Shown: positions 48,987-60,129 of the stretch, in pieces
How positions within the stretch are numbered: the first letter of the stretch is position 1
How the letters are laid out: every line of letters starts with the position of its first letter
Source: an uncultured Methanolobus sp.
Lineage (GTDB): Archaea > Halobacteriota > Methanosarcinia > Methanosarcinales > Methanosarcinaceae
Reading direction: 5' to 3'
Assembly: GCA_963675495.1 (NCBI GenBank)
Contig: OY776215.1
Location: forward strand, 1,728,001-1,792,000
DNA: 64,000 nucleotides
Position numbers and translations under genes: made by a program
Notes under the pieces: model-generated
Told to the model about the DNA's origin: nothing
Seen by the model: only the letters and a program-made list of their open reading frames with translations
Databases searched by the model: none

Positions 48987-50528
48987 ATGAACGATAAAAC
49001 AGATGGTACACAGGCCGGTATAGACTGGGAGCATGGTGCCCAGTGTAGTAAAGTGATATGTGATCCACAGGAACTTGAAAGGACAATCGACTGGAAACAG
49101 GGACTTGCAATAGCATTGGGTGTTCCTTTATTGATCCTGCCTTCAATAGGATATCTGACGAGTTATGTCTGGTCTTTTGCAATAGTTATTTGGGGAGCTA
49201 CGGTTCTCCTCGGGTTCCTGCAAAACCTGGCATTCGGGGAACTTGCAACAGTATTTCCAAAAGCTTCCGGTTTGCCAGGATATACACAGACCGTATTTGG
49301 GTCGAATAAAGATAAGAACAACAAAGGCAAGTTCAAACTAGGAAAATTCATTGGTGGTTTCAGTGCCTGGAGTTACTGGTTCGGATGGAGTCCTGTCCTT
49401 GCTATCTATGCTATTTTAATATCAAGTTACCTTCAGGGTATGGTTCCGGCACTTGGCGGAATTAATTCAACTCTCCTTGCATTGATAGTTGGAGGAGTGA
49501 TCTTTGGTTCTCTTTCTATAATTAATTCAAAAGGACTTAAGAACGGAGCTGCAGCCGGATTTATCCTGGCTCTTATATCACTGGTTCCTCTTCTGGTCAT
49601 CACTATTGCACCATTCTTTACAGGGGACTTCCATATGACTAACATAACAAGCTCATGGTTCCCTACGGACTGGAGCTGGGATGTGAAGCACATATTGATA
49701 CTTCTTGGTCTCTTAGCAATGGCTGAATGGAGTGCTGCTGCCTGGGAAACTGCTGCTATCTATGGTCCTGAGTACAAGAAGCCAAGTAGCGATGTTCCAA
49801 AAGCCCTACTGGTCTGTGGAGCTATCTGTCTTGTCCTCTATGTATTGGTACAGACATCTGTGATCGGTGCTCTTGGCGTTGATGGAGTTCTGGCAGAACC
49901 TATTTCCCCAATGCTTCCACTTGCCAATATGTCCCTTGGTCCTATCGGTGCTTCAATTTCAATAGTAATGTTGATAGGAGCAATGCTTCTTATCATCCAG
50001 ACTGCTTTCCTCTCATCTGCACGTTCTATATACTCAATGTCAGTTGAAGGCAACCTCCCTTCAGTTTTCAGCAAGTTGAACTCACATGGTCATCCTTCAA
50101 ATGCAATGATAGCCGATGCTCTTTTCAACATGGTCCTAATTCTCCTTGGAACACCCACAGCAATTATTGCTGCCTCTGCAATCGGGTACATATGTGCTAA
50201 TGGTATCAGTCTGTACACTTATGTCAAGGTCAGGAACGATCCTGAGATGTCAAAACTGGAAAGGCCTTTCAAAGCTCCAAAAGGATGGAAGCATGTGGCA
50301 CTGGCAACTACTTTCCTGAACACTCCACTATTTCTGATAGGCATAATCTACCTTAATAGCCTTGAACTTGGCTGGGCTGCAACAGGAGTTGGTTTTGCAA
50401 TGCTCTGTCTCTTCATTCCTCTCTGGATGTATTCCCAGCGGGAGTCCAGGAGCAAGATGCCTGCAGCTCATGTAACACATAAAGAACGTGACCTTTTACA
50501 TGAAACGGAACCTGTGCCTCTGGAATAA
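48987..50528 (+). CDS. APC-family amine/amino-acid permease (dimethylamine permease MtbP-like)
   Basis: Polytopic APC-type protein (ERTIDWKQGLAIALGVP, WETAAIYGPEY, LERPFKAP); substrate not established. Confidence 0.8.
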   Translation: MNDKTDGTQAGIDWEHGAQCSKVICDPQELERTIDWKQGLAIALGVPLLILPSIGYLTSYVWSFAIVIWGATVLLGFLQNLAFGELATVFPKASGLPGYTQTVFGSNKDKNNKGKFKLGKFIGGFSAWSYWFGWSPVLAIYAILISSYLQGMVPALGGINSTLLALIVGGVIFGSLSIINSKGLKNGAAAGFILALISLVPLLVITIAPFFTGDFHMTNITSSWFPTDWSWDVKHILILLGLLAMAEWSAAAWETAAIYGPEYKKPSSDVPKALLVCGAICLVLYVLVQTSVIGALGVDGVLAEPISPMLPLANMSLGPIGASISIVMLIGAMLLIIQTAFLSSARSIYSMSVEGNLPSVFSKLNSHGHPSNAMIADALFNMVLILLGTPTAIIAASAIGYICANGISLYTYVKVRNDPEMSKLERPFKAPKGWKHVALATTFLNTPLFLIGIIYLNSLELGWAATGVGFAMLCLFIPLWMYSQRESRSKMPAAHVTHKERDLLHETEPVPLE

Positions 50529-50672
50529 TAGAATAAGAATACGAGTGCTACACCTGGGTCCTGATCTATGAAAATATCAGGATCCATTTTTAGATTCGGG
50601 TGTATCACTCAAGAACTGAAAAAATAGAAAATTAAAAAACTGGCTTTATTACCTATTTTCACTGGTGTAAAA

Positions 50673-50837
50673 ATGGAAATTGAAAATCTCATTATTGCTA
50701 ATTTTGCTATTGCTATTCTGGCAAGTTTTTTCATCTACTCAGCGACTAATCCTCTCCCGTCAGGAATCACGGTGCTTGAAACTCTGGCAATTGGTGGTTT
50801 ATGGGCCTACCTTTTCAATAATCCAAATATTTTATAG
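50673..50837 (+). CDS. Unannotated 54-aa hydrophobic protein, copy 2
   Basis: MEIENLIIANFAIAILASFFIYSATNPLPSGITVLETLAIGGLWAYLFNNPNIL; same GGTGTAAAAATG start context as copy 1. Confidence 0.8.
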   Translation: MEIENLIIANFAIAILASFFIYSATNPLPSGITVLETLAIGGLWAYLFNNPNIL

Positions 50838-50886
50838 AAAATCAGATTCCAAGACCAAAAATCTCTTTTCTGATTTTCTAATTTTT

Positions 50887-52533
50887 TCAGTTCTCCTTCT
50901 TCAAGTAAGCCAGAGCTTCCTGCGTGCTATCACAGATATGCACATGCTGCTTTTCCATTAGTTCAGTGAGTTCCCTGTCGCTTTTCATCCTTCTCATGAC
51001 TTCGGGCTGTATTGAGGTTAGGTAGACTTTCTGGTGGAGTTTTTTACTTGACTTGATGAAACTCTTAAGTCGCTCGATTCCTGTTGTATCTATGAAGGGA
51101 ACATAACGCATACGCAAGATAATATGCGGTTTGCTGATGGCTATGTGTTCGTTTATTTTGCCCTCGAAAACGTTCATGGCTCCAAAGAAGAAGGGGCCGT
51201 TGATGGTGTAGACCGAGACGTTCTTTTCAAGGTAGGGGTCGGCAAAGATGGTTGCGTTGATGCCTTTTGTCTTGTCGTAGTTTTCCATTGTCTGAACGTC
51301 TATTACATTTGTCAGCCTGATGAAGAGCAGGATAATTGAAAGGAACATACCCATCTGTACGGCGAACACGAGGTCAGTGAGCACTGTGAGCAGGAAAGTG
51401 GCAAGCAGGACAGCAGTGTCCATCTTGCTGATATGCAGTGTGGTTTTGAGTTCTGTTAGATTGATCATCCTCACAGAAACGAGAATGAGCACACCTGCGA
51501 GGTAAGCTTTGGGGATGAAAGCAGCGATCGGACCCAGGAAGAGCAGTATGATGAGCAGTATCAAGGCGTGGAATATACCTGACATCTGTGTCTTTGCACC
51601 TTCCCTGATGTTTACAGCACTTCTTGCAATAGCTGCTGTGCAGGGAATTCCTGAGAAGAATGGTAGAACCATGTTTGCAATTCCATGACCAATAAGCTCC
51701 TTGTTGCTGTTGTGTTTTGTGTTGGTCATACCATCACAGACCACGGCACAGAGTAGTGATTCAATGGTTCCCAGCAGTGCGATTGTAAGGGCGGCTGGCA
51801 AGATTGCCATGAGTAGTCCAAGGTTGAAGTTCAACATCTGTATCTGTGGAAGTCCGGCAGGGATGCTGCCAACGATAGGGATGTTGATATTGTAGTAAAA
51901 GACAAGTATGACCGATAGTATCAGTGCGATAATGGAAGCCGGAAGGCTGTTGATATATTTGATTTTTGCCAGTATTCCCGGCAGATATAACAGAAGCATA
52001 ATGGTGGCAATACATATCGTTATAGCAGTTGTGTCAAGGAGGTTCATATTGGAGACGATGGCATACAGCGTTTCCCATACGTGTTCCTTTGCAGGAATTG
52101 TAATTCCAAGAGCATTTGGTATCTGGCCGATAAGAATGATGGCACCGATACCACTCGTGAATCCTGATATGACGGGTAGGGGGATGTATTTAACGACCTT
52201 ACCAAGTTTCAGGATCCCGAATAGTATCTGAAATGCACCGGCAAGGAAGCCCGCAAGGAATAGTCCTTCAAGCCCGAAGCCGTGCAGTGTTGAAAGAATG
52301 ATGACTGTCATTGCTCCGGTGGGTCCGGAAATAGAGTATTTTGATCCACCGGTTGCTGAGACCAGCATACCTGCAATTATAGCCGTGTACAACCCCATCT
52401 GAGGCTCCACACCAGAAGCGATAGCAAAAGCAATAGCAAGCGGCAATGCCACAATGGCTGTGATGAATCCAGCCTTTAGGTCGCTCGCTAACGATTCTTT
52501 GAAATATTGTGAAACTTTATTTTGTTTTTCCAT
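50887..52533 (-). CDS. SulP/SLC26 anion permease with STAS domain
   Basis: DLKAG...ALPLAIAFAIASG, ISGPTGA and GPFFFG...PFIDTTG motifs. Confidence 0.93.
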   Translation of the reverse strand: MEKQNKVSQYFKESLASDLKAGFITAIVALPLAIAFAIASGVEPQMGLYTAIIAGMLVSATGGSKYSISGPTGAMTVIILSTLHGFGLEGLFLAGFLAGAFQILFGILKLGKVVKYIPLPVISGFTSGIGAIILIGQIPNALGITIPAKEHVWETLYAIVSNMNLLDTTAITICIATIMLLLYLPGILAKIKYINSLPASIIALILSVILVFYYNINIPIVGSIPAGLPQIQMLNFNLGLLMAILPAALTIALLGTIESLLCAVVCDGMTNTKHNSNKELIGHGIANMVLPFFSGIPCTAAIARSAVNIREGAKTQMSGIFHALILLIILLFLGPIAAFIPKAYLAGVLILVSVRMINLTELKTTLHISKMDTAVLLATFLLTVLTDLVFAVQMGMFLSIILLFIRLTNVIDVQTMENYDKTKGINATIFADPYLEKNVSVYTINGPFFFGAMNVFEGKINEHIAISKPHIILRMRYVPFIDTTGIERLKSFIKSSKKLHQKVYLTSIQPEVMRRMKSDRELTELMEKQHVHICDSTQEALAYLKKEN

Positions 52534-52716
52534 GTTACAAGCCAGCTGACCCGCGTCGAAAATTGTTCTAATAGGGGGTAGAACAGTGGTTAAATATATA
52601 AAATAAATTGATAATGAAAAAAAGTTACAAATGTTATGAGAGTTTATGAGAATAAATATTGGAATTAAGTGTTTTTTGGATTAATTTTATCTCTTAATTC
52701 CTCCAATAAAATCTTA

Positions 52717-53424
52717 ATGACTGTTATTATCTCTCAAATTAGAAGAGACCTGGAACAAAATGCTGATGAAAAAACCAAGATAAGTTCAAATCGTTTCTTC
52801 AAAGAAGAGATCAAGTCCCACGGTCTGAAATCCGCCGCCGTCAGAAAAATAGCAAAGGACTATTTCAAGACTATATCCAACAAAAGCAAGCCGGAGATAT
52901 TCTCACTTTGCGAGGAACTCCTGAGTTCTGATTACATGGAAGAAGCAGTTATTGCATTCGAATGGTCATACTATCTGAAAAAACAGTACGAACCTGAGGA
53001 TTTTGTTATTTTTGAGAAATGGGTCGGGGATTATGTCAACAACTGGGCAAAATGTGATACTCTCTGCAATCATACAATAGGGACGTTTATCGAAATGTAT
53101 CCTCAATACATTGAATCATTGAAGACATGGACAACTTCGGACAATCGGTGGTACAGGCGTGCTGCTGCTGTTGCGCTTATTTTGCCTGCTCGTAGAGGTG
53201 AGTTTCTGGATGATATTTTTGAGATCGCTGATATGCTGCTAATGGATGAGGATGATTTAGTGCAGAAAGGGTACGGGTGGATGCTCAAGGAAGCCAGTAA
53301 GCAGCATCAGCAGGAGATATTCGATTACGTCATGCGGAATAAGGAAGTTATGCCTAGAACTGCGTTGAGGTATGCTATTGAGAAATTCCCCGAGGAGTTG
53401 AGGAAGAAGGCTATGGAAAAATGA
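52717..53424 (+). CDS. DNA alkylation repair protein (AlkD-like)
   Basis: NWAKCD, W.RRAA, VQKGYGWMLKE and PRTALRYAIEK motifs. Confidence 0.88.
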   Translation: MTVIISQIRRDLEQNADEKTKISSNRFFKEEIKSHGLKSAAVRKIAKDYFKTISNKSKPEIFSLCEELLSSDYMEEAVIAFEWSYYLKKQYEPEDFVIFEKWVGDYVNNWAKCDTLCNHTIGTFIEMYPQYIESLKTWTTSDNRWYRRAAAVALILPARRGEFLDDIFEIADMLLMDEDDLVQKGYGWMLKEASKQHQQEIFDYVMRNKEVMPRTALRYAIEKFPEELRKKAMEK

Positions 53425-53491
53425 AAAATAGGATGAAAAAATAAAGTTTCTGACGTATTGGTCAGAAAATCCAATCCAATTTTAATTTAGT

Positions 53492-53776
53492 TCAAGCCTT
53501 TGCCATTTCTGCTTCCATCTTTTCACCGATCTCAATTGCTTTTTTGATATCCATTACAGGAATGGTCTCAAGCTTTGAGATATCTTTCCATGGGAAAGTA
53601 GCTCTGGCATATGCTTCTTCATTGTCAAGGTCGTAAATGATGAAGATCCTGCATGAGGATACATCAATCCACTCTGATATTACGTTGTAGCCTTCCGGGT
53701 ATTCCCATGACATATATCGCTCATTTATCTCCACGTTGTCTTTTGGTTCCCACGTCATTATATCCATGAACCGCAT
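53492..53776 (-). CDS. DUF3303 family protein
   Basis: MRFMDIMTWEP...EW.D...IPVMD pattern; GGAGGGTG RBS. Confidence 0.75.
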   Translation of the reverse strand: MRFMDIMTWEPKDNVEINERYMSWEYPEGYNVISEWIDVSSCRIFIIYDLDNEEAYARATFPWKDISKLETIPVMDIKKAIEIGEKMEAEMAKA

Positions 53777-54114
53777 TTTCCACCCTCCATTAACTTTTAA
53801 TTTGTTTTTCTTAATAATATATTATGTTAAATAGCTGTATTTATTTATTACTCAAAAAAACTTTTTTAATATAATGATTTTTAGCAAATATTACCGAATA
53901 GCAGCAAAAAATAGAGTTTTAAGTTTTGTTTGATTTCAATGAAAAATATTAAATCGGTATAGGTAATTTTTATTAATGGGGTATATTTCATTGGTGTGCA
54001 GTTCATCTGGATAGACCAGTTGAGTTGATTGTATTTTTTGAGGTAATAACGCTTTTTCCATTATTTGCCATATTTCCCAACAAAGGACAATCGAAGTTCA
54101 GAGGAGGAAAAGAA

Positions 54115-54837
54115 ATGAAAGTTTTAGCAATAAATTCAAGTCCCAGAATGGAAAAGGGCAATACCGCTATGATATTGAACCCGTTTCTTGATGGCATGAG
54201 GGAATCAGGAGCAGAAGTAGACCTCTTCTATACGGCGAAACTTAATATCAATCCCTGCACAGGAGAGTTCAATTGCTGGTTTAAAACACCGGGAGAGTGT
54301 TATCAGGATGATGATATGCAACTGCTCTACCCGAAAATAAACGAAGCTGATGTGTTTGTATTTGCCTCCCCTCTTTATGTAGATGGGGTAAACGGTCCCA
54401 TGAAGAATCTGATTGACAGGATGCTTCCAAGAATTGAGCCTTTTGTAGAGCTGCGTGATGACCGCTGTCGTCATCCTATATGTGGGGAAGCTAAAGACCG
54501 CAAGATGGTATTGGTTTCTAACTGTGGTTTCTGGGAGATGGAGAACTTCGATCCCCTTATAGCTCATATGCAGGCATTTTGTAACAATGCATCATTCGAG
54601 TTTGCAGGAACACTGCTGCGTTCGCACGGTATGGCAATGCCGGATATGATCAAGATGGGTGCACCGATAGGTGATATATTCGAAGCTGCAAAAGATGCAG
54701 GCCGCCAGCTAGTAAATGATGGGAGTATGTCACAGGAAACTCTTGACAAGGTCGGTCGCGAACTTCTGCCACGGGACATGTATCTGCAGGCAGCGAATGA
54801 GAGCACTCAACAAGTTCTGGATGCGCTGAGAAAATAG
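54115..54837 (+). CDS. Iron-sulfur flavoprotein/NADPH-dependent FMN reductase family protein
   Basis: INSSPR..GNT, PCTGEFNCW..PGEC..DDM and ASPLY motifs; GAGGAGG RBS. Confidence 0.88.
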   Translation: MKVLAINSSPRMEKGNTAMILNPFLDGMRESGAEVDLFYTAKLNINPCTGEFNCWFKTPGECYQDDDMQLLYPKINEADVFVFASPLYVDGVNGPMKNLIDRMLPRIEPFVELRDDRCRHPICGEAKDRKMVLVSNCGFWEMENFDPLIAHMQAFCNNASFEFAGTLLRSHGMAMPDMIKMGAPIGDIFEAAKDAGRQLVNDGSMSQETLDKVGRELLPRDMYLQAANESTQQVLDALRK

Positions 54838-54910
54838 CTGTATTGTAGACCTCTTTAAAATCGAGTTTCTTTACTTCATGTAAAGAGGCTCTTCTTTTTC
54901 TCATTGTATT

Positions 54911-55564
54911 TCAAACTTCACTCGAAGGACACAACTCGTTCACAACACATTCCCCGCATTTCGGTCTCCTTGCAATACACACGTTGCGACCATGCAGTAT
55001 CAGTGTCATGGACAGGTTTTCAAGGTCCTTTTTCTCTGCAAGTGCCATTAGGTCTATCTCTATCTTTTTGGGGTCACTGTTCTGAGTGAAGCCAAGTTTT
55101 TGTGACAGCCGGGTTACATGCGTGTCTACTGCAATGCCCTCAAGAATACCAAAACCTCTTGCCAGAACGATGTTGGCTGTTTTTCTTCCCACGCCTGGCA
55201 GTTTCAGCAGGTCTTCCATGGTGTCAGGGACTTTGCCATCAAATTCAGTGAGGATGAGCTGTGCACTTCCGATGATGTGTTTTGCTTTCTGGTGATAGAA
55301 ACCTGTTGTGTAAATGTCCTTTCCTAGTTCGGCCAGACTTGCGTTGGCAAAATCTTCTACATTGAGATATTTTTTGAACAAAACCTGTGTGACCTTGTTG
55401 ACCTGTTTATCTGTACACTGGGCGGAAAGAATTGTTGCAACCATCAGTTCCAGTGGATTCTTGAAATGAAGCATAGGCTCAGCGTTAGGATACTCATTCT
55501 GAAGTAGTTTGAAGATTTGGTTAAAAGTTTTACTATTATCAGGTACTTTAGATTGCGTTGTCAT
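54911..55564 (-). CDS. nth: Endonuclease III
   Basis: LSAQCTD, HhH LPGVGRKTA, VDTHV and the C-x6-C-x2-C-x5-C cluster. Confidence 0.95.
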   Translation of the reverse strand: MTTQSKVPDNSKTFNQIFKLLQNEYPNAEPMLHFKNPLELMVATILSAQCTDKQVNKVTQVLFKKYLNVEDFANASLAELGKDIYTTGFYHQKAKHIIGSAQLILTEFDGKVPDTMEDLLKLPGVGRKTANIVLARGFGILEGIAVDTHVTRLSQKLGFTQNSDPKKIEIDLMALAEKKDLENLSMTLILHGRNVCIARRPKCGECVVNELCPSSEV

Positions 55565-55813
55565 GAGGATAAATAGGCACCTGATACTTCTTATGTTTAT
55601 TCAGTACCCCATGGTTTCGACTAGAACTAAAAATAATATAATAAACAATATTTTTTTAACAATAATTAGTTCATAATATTGTGTTATAAATACAATTTAA
55701 TAATTATAATGCTTGAAGCAAGTATAGTGGAGACTCAGGAAAGTGAGTATTGGAATATAAGAGTAACGAATGAAAAAAGTCCTGAAAAGAATAAAAGAGT
55801 AAAGTATACGGGT

Positions 55814-56689
55814 TTAGAGCCCGTAAACTTCAATGTTCTTGTCAGCTAGTGCCTGTATCTTTGCGATCTCTTCATCTCCACCTTCCATCTTGAAAAGGTG
55901 GCTGAAACGACGCTGCATTTTGAGGTAATCTTCAACAGGCTTAACGTTCTTTCCGATCTTCCTTACCTTGGTGACTTCGCCGTCTTCAACTTCGTACAGT
56001 GGCCAGAGACCTGTCTGTACAGCCATCTTTGCTACCTCTACGGTCTTGGAAGTATCGAATCCCCATCCTGTGGTACATGGAGCATGTGCGTGAATGTAGG
56101 TTGGACCTTCGACGTCTACAGCCTTCTTCACCTTATTGATCATGTCCTTTGGATATCCGATGGATGTGGTTGCCACATATGGTGCACCGTGTGCAACCAT
56201 AATAGCAGGCATGTTCTTTTTTGGTCTGTCGTTTCCGAAGGATACCTTTCCTGCAGGGCTTGTGGTGGTTGATGCATTGAATGGTGTTGCACCACTTCTC
56301 TGCACACCGGTATTCATGTAAGCCTCATTGTCAATACAGACATATGTGAGGTCATGTCCTCTCTCAAATGCTCCGGAAATGGAACGCATACCTATGTCAA
56401 GTGTTGCACCGTCTCCACCCATAACAACGACCTTGGTATTACCTTTCTTTCCAAGTGCCTTAAGGGCGGCTTCGATACCAGATCCTACAGCGGCTGCATT
56501 CTCAAAAAGTGAGTGTACCCATGGTACGTCCCATGCAGTCTCAGGGTAAGGTGTGGTCATAACTTCAAGACAACCGGTTGGATTGATAACTATACAGTCC
56601 TCGCCGGCGCCCATAAGTGTGAACTTTGCAGCCATTGCGTCACAGCAACCTGCACATCCTCTGTGTCCCGGGGCTAACAATGATTTCAT
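55814..56689 (-). CDS. porB: Pyruvate:ferredoxin oxidoreductase beta subunit
   Basis: GHRGCAGC and the GGDG...[12 protein letters not shown] motif. Confidence 0.95.
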   Translation of the reverse strand: MKSLLAPGHRGCAGCCDAMAAKFTLMGAGEDCIVINPTGCLEVMTTPYPETAWDVPWVHSLFENAAAVGSGIEAALKALGKKGNTKVVVMGGDGATLDIGMRSISGAFERGHDLTYVCIDNEAYMNTGVQRSGATPFNASTTTSPAGKVSFGNDRPKKNMPAIMVAHGAPYVATTSIGYPKDMINKVKKAVDVEGPTYIHAHAPCTTGWGFDTSKTVEVAKMAVQTGLWPLYEVEDGEVTKVRKIGKNVKPVEDYLKMQRRFSHLFKMEGGDEEIAKIQALADKNIEVYGL

Positions 56690-57900
56690 AGTAGTTCCTC
56701 CTTCACGTCGGTAAACTGGCTTTCTATCTTGATACCAGTCTTCATGATCTCCTTTGCATCATCGACTATTTTCTCGATCAGGTCTACCTTGATGTCACGT
56801 CCACCGTGGCCTACCATGTAGCCGACAATAGGTACGTCGATCTTGGTATTATAAAGTGAGGACTTTGTTTCGGTGAAAAGTGCACCTTCATTCAGTCCAA
56901 GTGAGATGTTCTTGTCAAGTACAACAACAACTTTTGAATCCTTCAGAACGTTTTTGATAGCTTCTACAGGGAATGGCCTGAATGACCTGACCTTCAGAAG
57001 ACCAACTTTCACATTCCTGTCTCTGAGCTTATCAATGACGTCCTTAATGGTTCCGATAATGGATCCCATTGCCATGATGATGATGTCTGCGTCATCTGTT
57101 CGATACTCGTCAATAAGTCCTCCGTAGTATCTTCCGTATACGTCGTAGAATTCATTTGCTACATCCTCTATTTTCTTAAGAGATCTCTGCATTGCCTGTT
57201 CCTGTAGATATCTGAATTCGGTGTAGTAGTTAGGGTCTGCAAATGCTCCGAAACTCAGTGGGTTCTTCGGATCAAGAACATGTTCTGGTTCAAATGCAGG
57301 CAAGAATTCATCTGTTAAGTCCTGTTCAAGAAGCACAATAGGTTCGTAAACGTGTGACAGGATAAAACCGTCCATACAGACCATTGATGGCATGAGGATA
57401 TCCTTGTCCTCTGATATCTTGAAAGCCTGAGCGGTCATATCAGAGATTTCCTGTGTGTTCTCAGCGTAGAGCTGTAACCATCCGGTATCTCTTTGGGAGA
57501 TAGCATCCTGGTGGTCGTTCCATATACTGATAGGGGCACTGACAGCCCTGTTTGCAATGGTCATCACGACAGGCAGCCTCATACCTGAGATATTGAACAG
57601 TACCTCATGCATGAGTTCAAGACCCTGTGATGTTGTAGCTGAGTAACACCTTGCACCTGCAGCGGATGCGCCGACCAGTGCCGAGAGTGCTGAGAACTCT
57701 GATTCTACATTGATGTATTCGCAGTTTGGTATTTCACCATCTGCCATAAATTGTGAAAGATCTTCAACTATATGGGTCTGTGGTGTGATAGGATATGCTG
57801 AAATTACGTTTGGTCTGCAGACCTTAGTAGCATGTGCAACAGCATATGATCCTTCAACAACGACCATTTTACTCTTGTCAATTTTGTTTTCAGGTGCCAT
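56686..57900 (-). CDS. porA: Pyruvate:ferredoxin oxidoreductase alpha subunit
   Basis: YPITPQT, ESEFSA and ATTSQGL motifs. Confidence 0.95.
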   Translation of the reverse strand: MAPENKIDKSKMVVVEGSYAVAHATKVCRPNVISAYPITPQTHIVEDLSQFMADGEIPNCEYINVESEFSALSALVGASAAGARCYSATTSQGLELMHEVLFNISGMRLPVVMTIANRAVSAPISIWNDHQDAISQRDTGWLQLYAENTQEISDMTAQAFKISEDKDILMPSMVCMDGFILSHVYEPIVLLEQDLTDEFLPAFEPEHVLDPKNPLSFGAFADPNYYTEFRYLQEQAMQRSLKKIEDVANEFYDVYGRYYGGLIDEYRTDDADIIIMAMGSIIGTIKDVIDKLRDRNVKVGLLKVRSFRPFPVEAIKNVLKDSKVVVVLDKNISLGLNEGALFTETKSSLYNTKIDVPIVGYMVGHGGRDIKVDLIEKIVDDAKEIMKTGIKIESQFTDVKEELL

Positions 57901-58161
57901 TTATTTCTCCTCCAGAACCATGTCTATTGCGTCCTTTGGACATTCGTTTGCACAGATTCCGCAACCTTTGCAGAAATCATAATCAAACTCGAAGAATCCG
58001 TCATCTCTTGGGTTTATCGAACTGTCAGGGCACAGAAGTTCACACAACTTGCATTTAATGCATTTATCGTAGTTGTAAACTGGCTTGAAAGTTCTCCATC
58101 CCCCAGTCTTGTTGATTCTTGTGGTACCTGCTTCGCAGATCCCTCCTGGAAGAATTTTCAT
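57901..58161 (-). CDS. porD: Pyruvate:ferredoxin oxidoreductase delta subunit
   Basis: KTGGWR; two 4Fe-4S motifs including [12 protein letters not shown]. Confidence 0.95.
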   Translation of the reverse strand: MKILPGGICEAGTTRINKTGGWRTFKPVYNYDKCIKCKLCELLCPDSSINPRDDGFFEFDYDFCKGCGICANECPKDAIDMVLEEK

Positions 58162-58706
58162 TTCTTAGCCTCCGTCATCATATTGTATGCTTCCTGGATA
58201 GCTTCAGCGTTCCTGTCTCCTACCTTACCAGGGAACCTTTCCTTGACAGCCTCTTTGATGGACTCAGGTTCTATCTCGCCTGTTGCACCTGCAAAGGCAC
58301 CCAAAAGTACAGTGTTAACAATAGGTCTGCCGATAATATCCAGTGCGATCTTTGTTGCATTCACTGTCATTATCTTTGCCTTTGTGTCGATATTGAACGT
58401 GTCAGCATCGAAGTCACTGTTGATAATAAGTATTCCATCTTCTTTGAGACCACTTGCAACATCTACAACCTCAAGAAGTGTAGGATCCTGTACAATAACA
58501 TAGTCAGGTTCGTAGATCTGGCTTCTGAGCCTTATGGTCTCATTATTGATCCTGGTGAACGCCTGGACCGGTGCACCCCTTCTTTCCACTCCGAATGCAG
58601 GGAAGGCCTGGCTGAATTTCCCGTCTGCAAAAGCAGCAACAGCCAACAGTTCAGCGGCTGTGACAGAGCCCTGCCCACCCCGGCCGTGTATTCGTATTTC
58701 TTTCAT
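58158..58706 (-). CDS. porG: Pyruvate:ferredoxin oxidoreductase gamma subunit
   Basis: [11 protein letters not shown] and FGVERRGAP motifs. Confidence 0.95.
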   Translation of the reverse strand: MKEIRIHGRGGQGSVTAAELLAVAAFADGKFSQAFPAFGVERRGAPVQAFTRINNETIRLRSQIYEPDYVIVQDPTLLEVVDVASGLKEDGILIINSDFDADTFNIDTKAKIMTVNATKIALDIIGRPIVNTVLLGAFAGATGEIEPESIKEAVKERFPGKVGDRNAEAIQEAYNMMTEAKK

Positions 58707-58980
58707 CTAGAATTCTCCATAAACCATGTGTAATAATAGATATAACAACTTATTTCGGTATTCGATCAAACGTTTTTAGTCGGGTAACATTGCGTATGCC
58801 ATGTGTCGAACTTGATGCCGAAAAAGCATCATATATTTCGTCAACTGACGTTAAATGCAATGGTTAATTGTGTAGAATCTATTAATTACTATTTAGTCTT
58901 TTGGTAATTTACACCGTTAATTCACTGGATTTTTATACTATTATATAAAATTAAAAAAGAAAACAATAAGAAAAACAGCA

Positions 58981-59937
58981 TCAATTGGCATTCTTACACA
59001 TTTCATCCAAACTTTGAAGTATCTCATCAATGTTCTTTGCAACATCAATACTCTTTCTTACATGCCTGCCATTCTTCATCCCGCGGGTGAACCACTGTGC
59101 TTGCGCCTTTATGTGAACCGTATGCATCAGTTCATATTCCTCAAGAAGAGTAAAATACTCCCGAATATCTTCAACTCTCTGGGTACAATGCTTGTACTCA
59201 AGCAGTTCTCCTGTTTCAAGATAGTGCGATATCCGTTTGAAAAGGAAAGGATTACCCATTGCAGCTCTTCCTATCATTATCCCATCACATTTGGTATAGT
59301 CCAGAGTGCTCTGCGCGGATATCTCATCAACTATATCACCATTAGCAATAACCGGAATACTCAATTCCTGCTTTATTTTCCGTACATAGTCATGATTAGC
59401 TTTTCCCGAATACTGTTGTTGCCTTGTCCTGCCATGCACCGTTATCGCAGATGCCCCGGCACTTTCTATCAGGTGTGCTATCTCAAGGGTGTTTTCCATA
59501 TCCTGTAAAATGCGTATTTTGGCAGTAACAGGGGTGGAGAGATTATCTGAGAGTTCTTTCATTATCTCATGAATAAGCTCAGGTGAGCTGAGAAGGGCGG
59601 ATCCGCAACCATCCTTTGTCAGGGTTTTTGCAGGGCAGCCAAAATTAATGTCAATGATCTCAGGTTTGTATATTTCTTCGATTCTAAGAGCTGCTTTTGT
59701 CATTGTTTCAGGCGAGTTCCCGAATATCTGTATGCCAAGAGGTCTCTCATCTTCACAACTTATCCCACGGTTAATGGTCTTCTTGTTTTCGTATATGACA
59801 GCGTCTGCACTTATCATTTCAGAGTAAGTAAGAGAAGCTCCGTACTTCCTGCACATAAGGCGAAAAGGCAGGTTCGTCACATTGGACATGGGGGCAAGCA
59901 GGATATTACCGGGAATTTTCAGATCTGCAATCTTCAT
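58981..59937 (-). CDS. dusB: tRNA-dihydrouridine synthase
   Basis: LAPM, DINFGCP, VHGRT, ANGDI and MIGR motifs. Confidence 0.92.
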   Translation of the reverse strand: MKIADLKIPGNILLAPMSNVTNLPFRLMCRKYGASLTYSEMISADAVIYENKKTINRGISCEDERPLGIQIFGNSPETMTKAALRIEEIYKPEIIDINFGCPAKTLTKDGCGSALLSSPELIHEIMKELSDNLSTPVTAKIRILQDMENTLEIAHLIESAGASAITVHGRTRQQQYSGKANHDYVRKIKQELSIPVIANGDIVDEISAQSTLDYTKCDGIMIGRAAMGNPFLFKRISHYLETGELLEYKHCTQRVEDIREYFTLLEEYELMHTVHIKAQAQWFTRGMKNGRHVRKSIDVAKNIDEILQSLDEMCKNAN

Positions 59938-60129
59938 GTTGATCGTTTTGTTGGTGGTAGTGGAAGTTTAATACCGCCTGATTTGTGTCATCTTGTGAAT
60001 ATAAACTTATGAAAGTGTGATTTGAAGTATTCTATCGAAGGGTATGCTAATATATAAGTAGGATGTATGGAAAAATCTATTGAAATAATTCTTATTTACT
60101 AAATTTTACAAAATATAACAGGTTCATCT

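Noticed and set aside
50680-50961. 93-aa ORF from the track
   Set aside because: Wrong frame; the 54-aa frame is supported by the RBS and the paralog. The same applies to 48150..48359.
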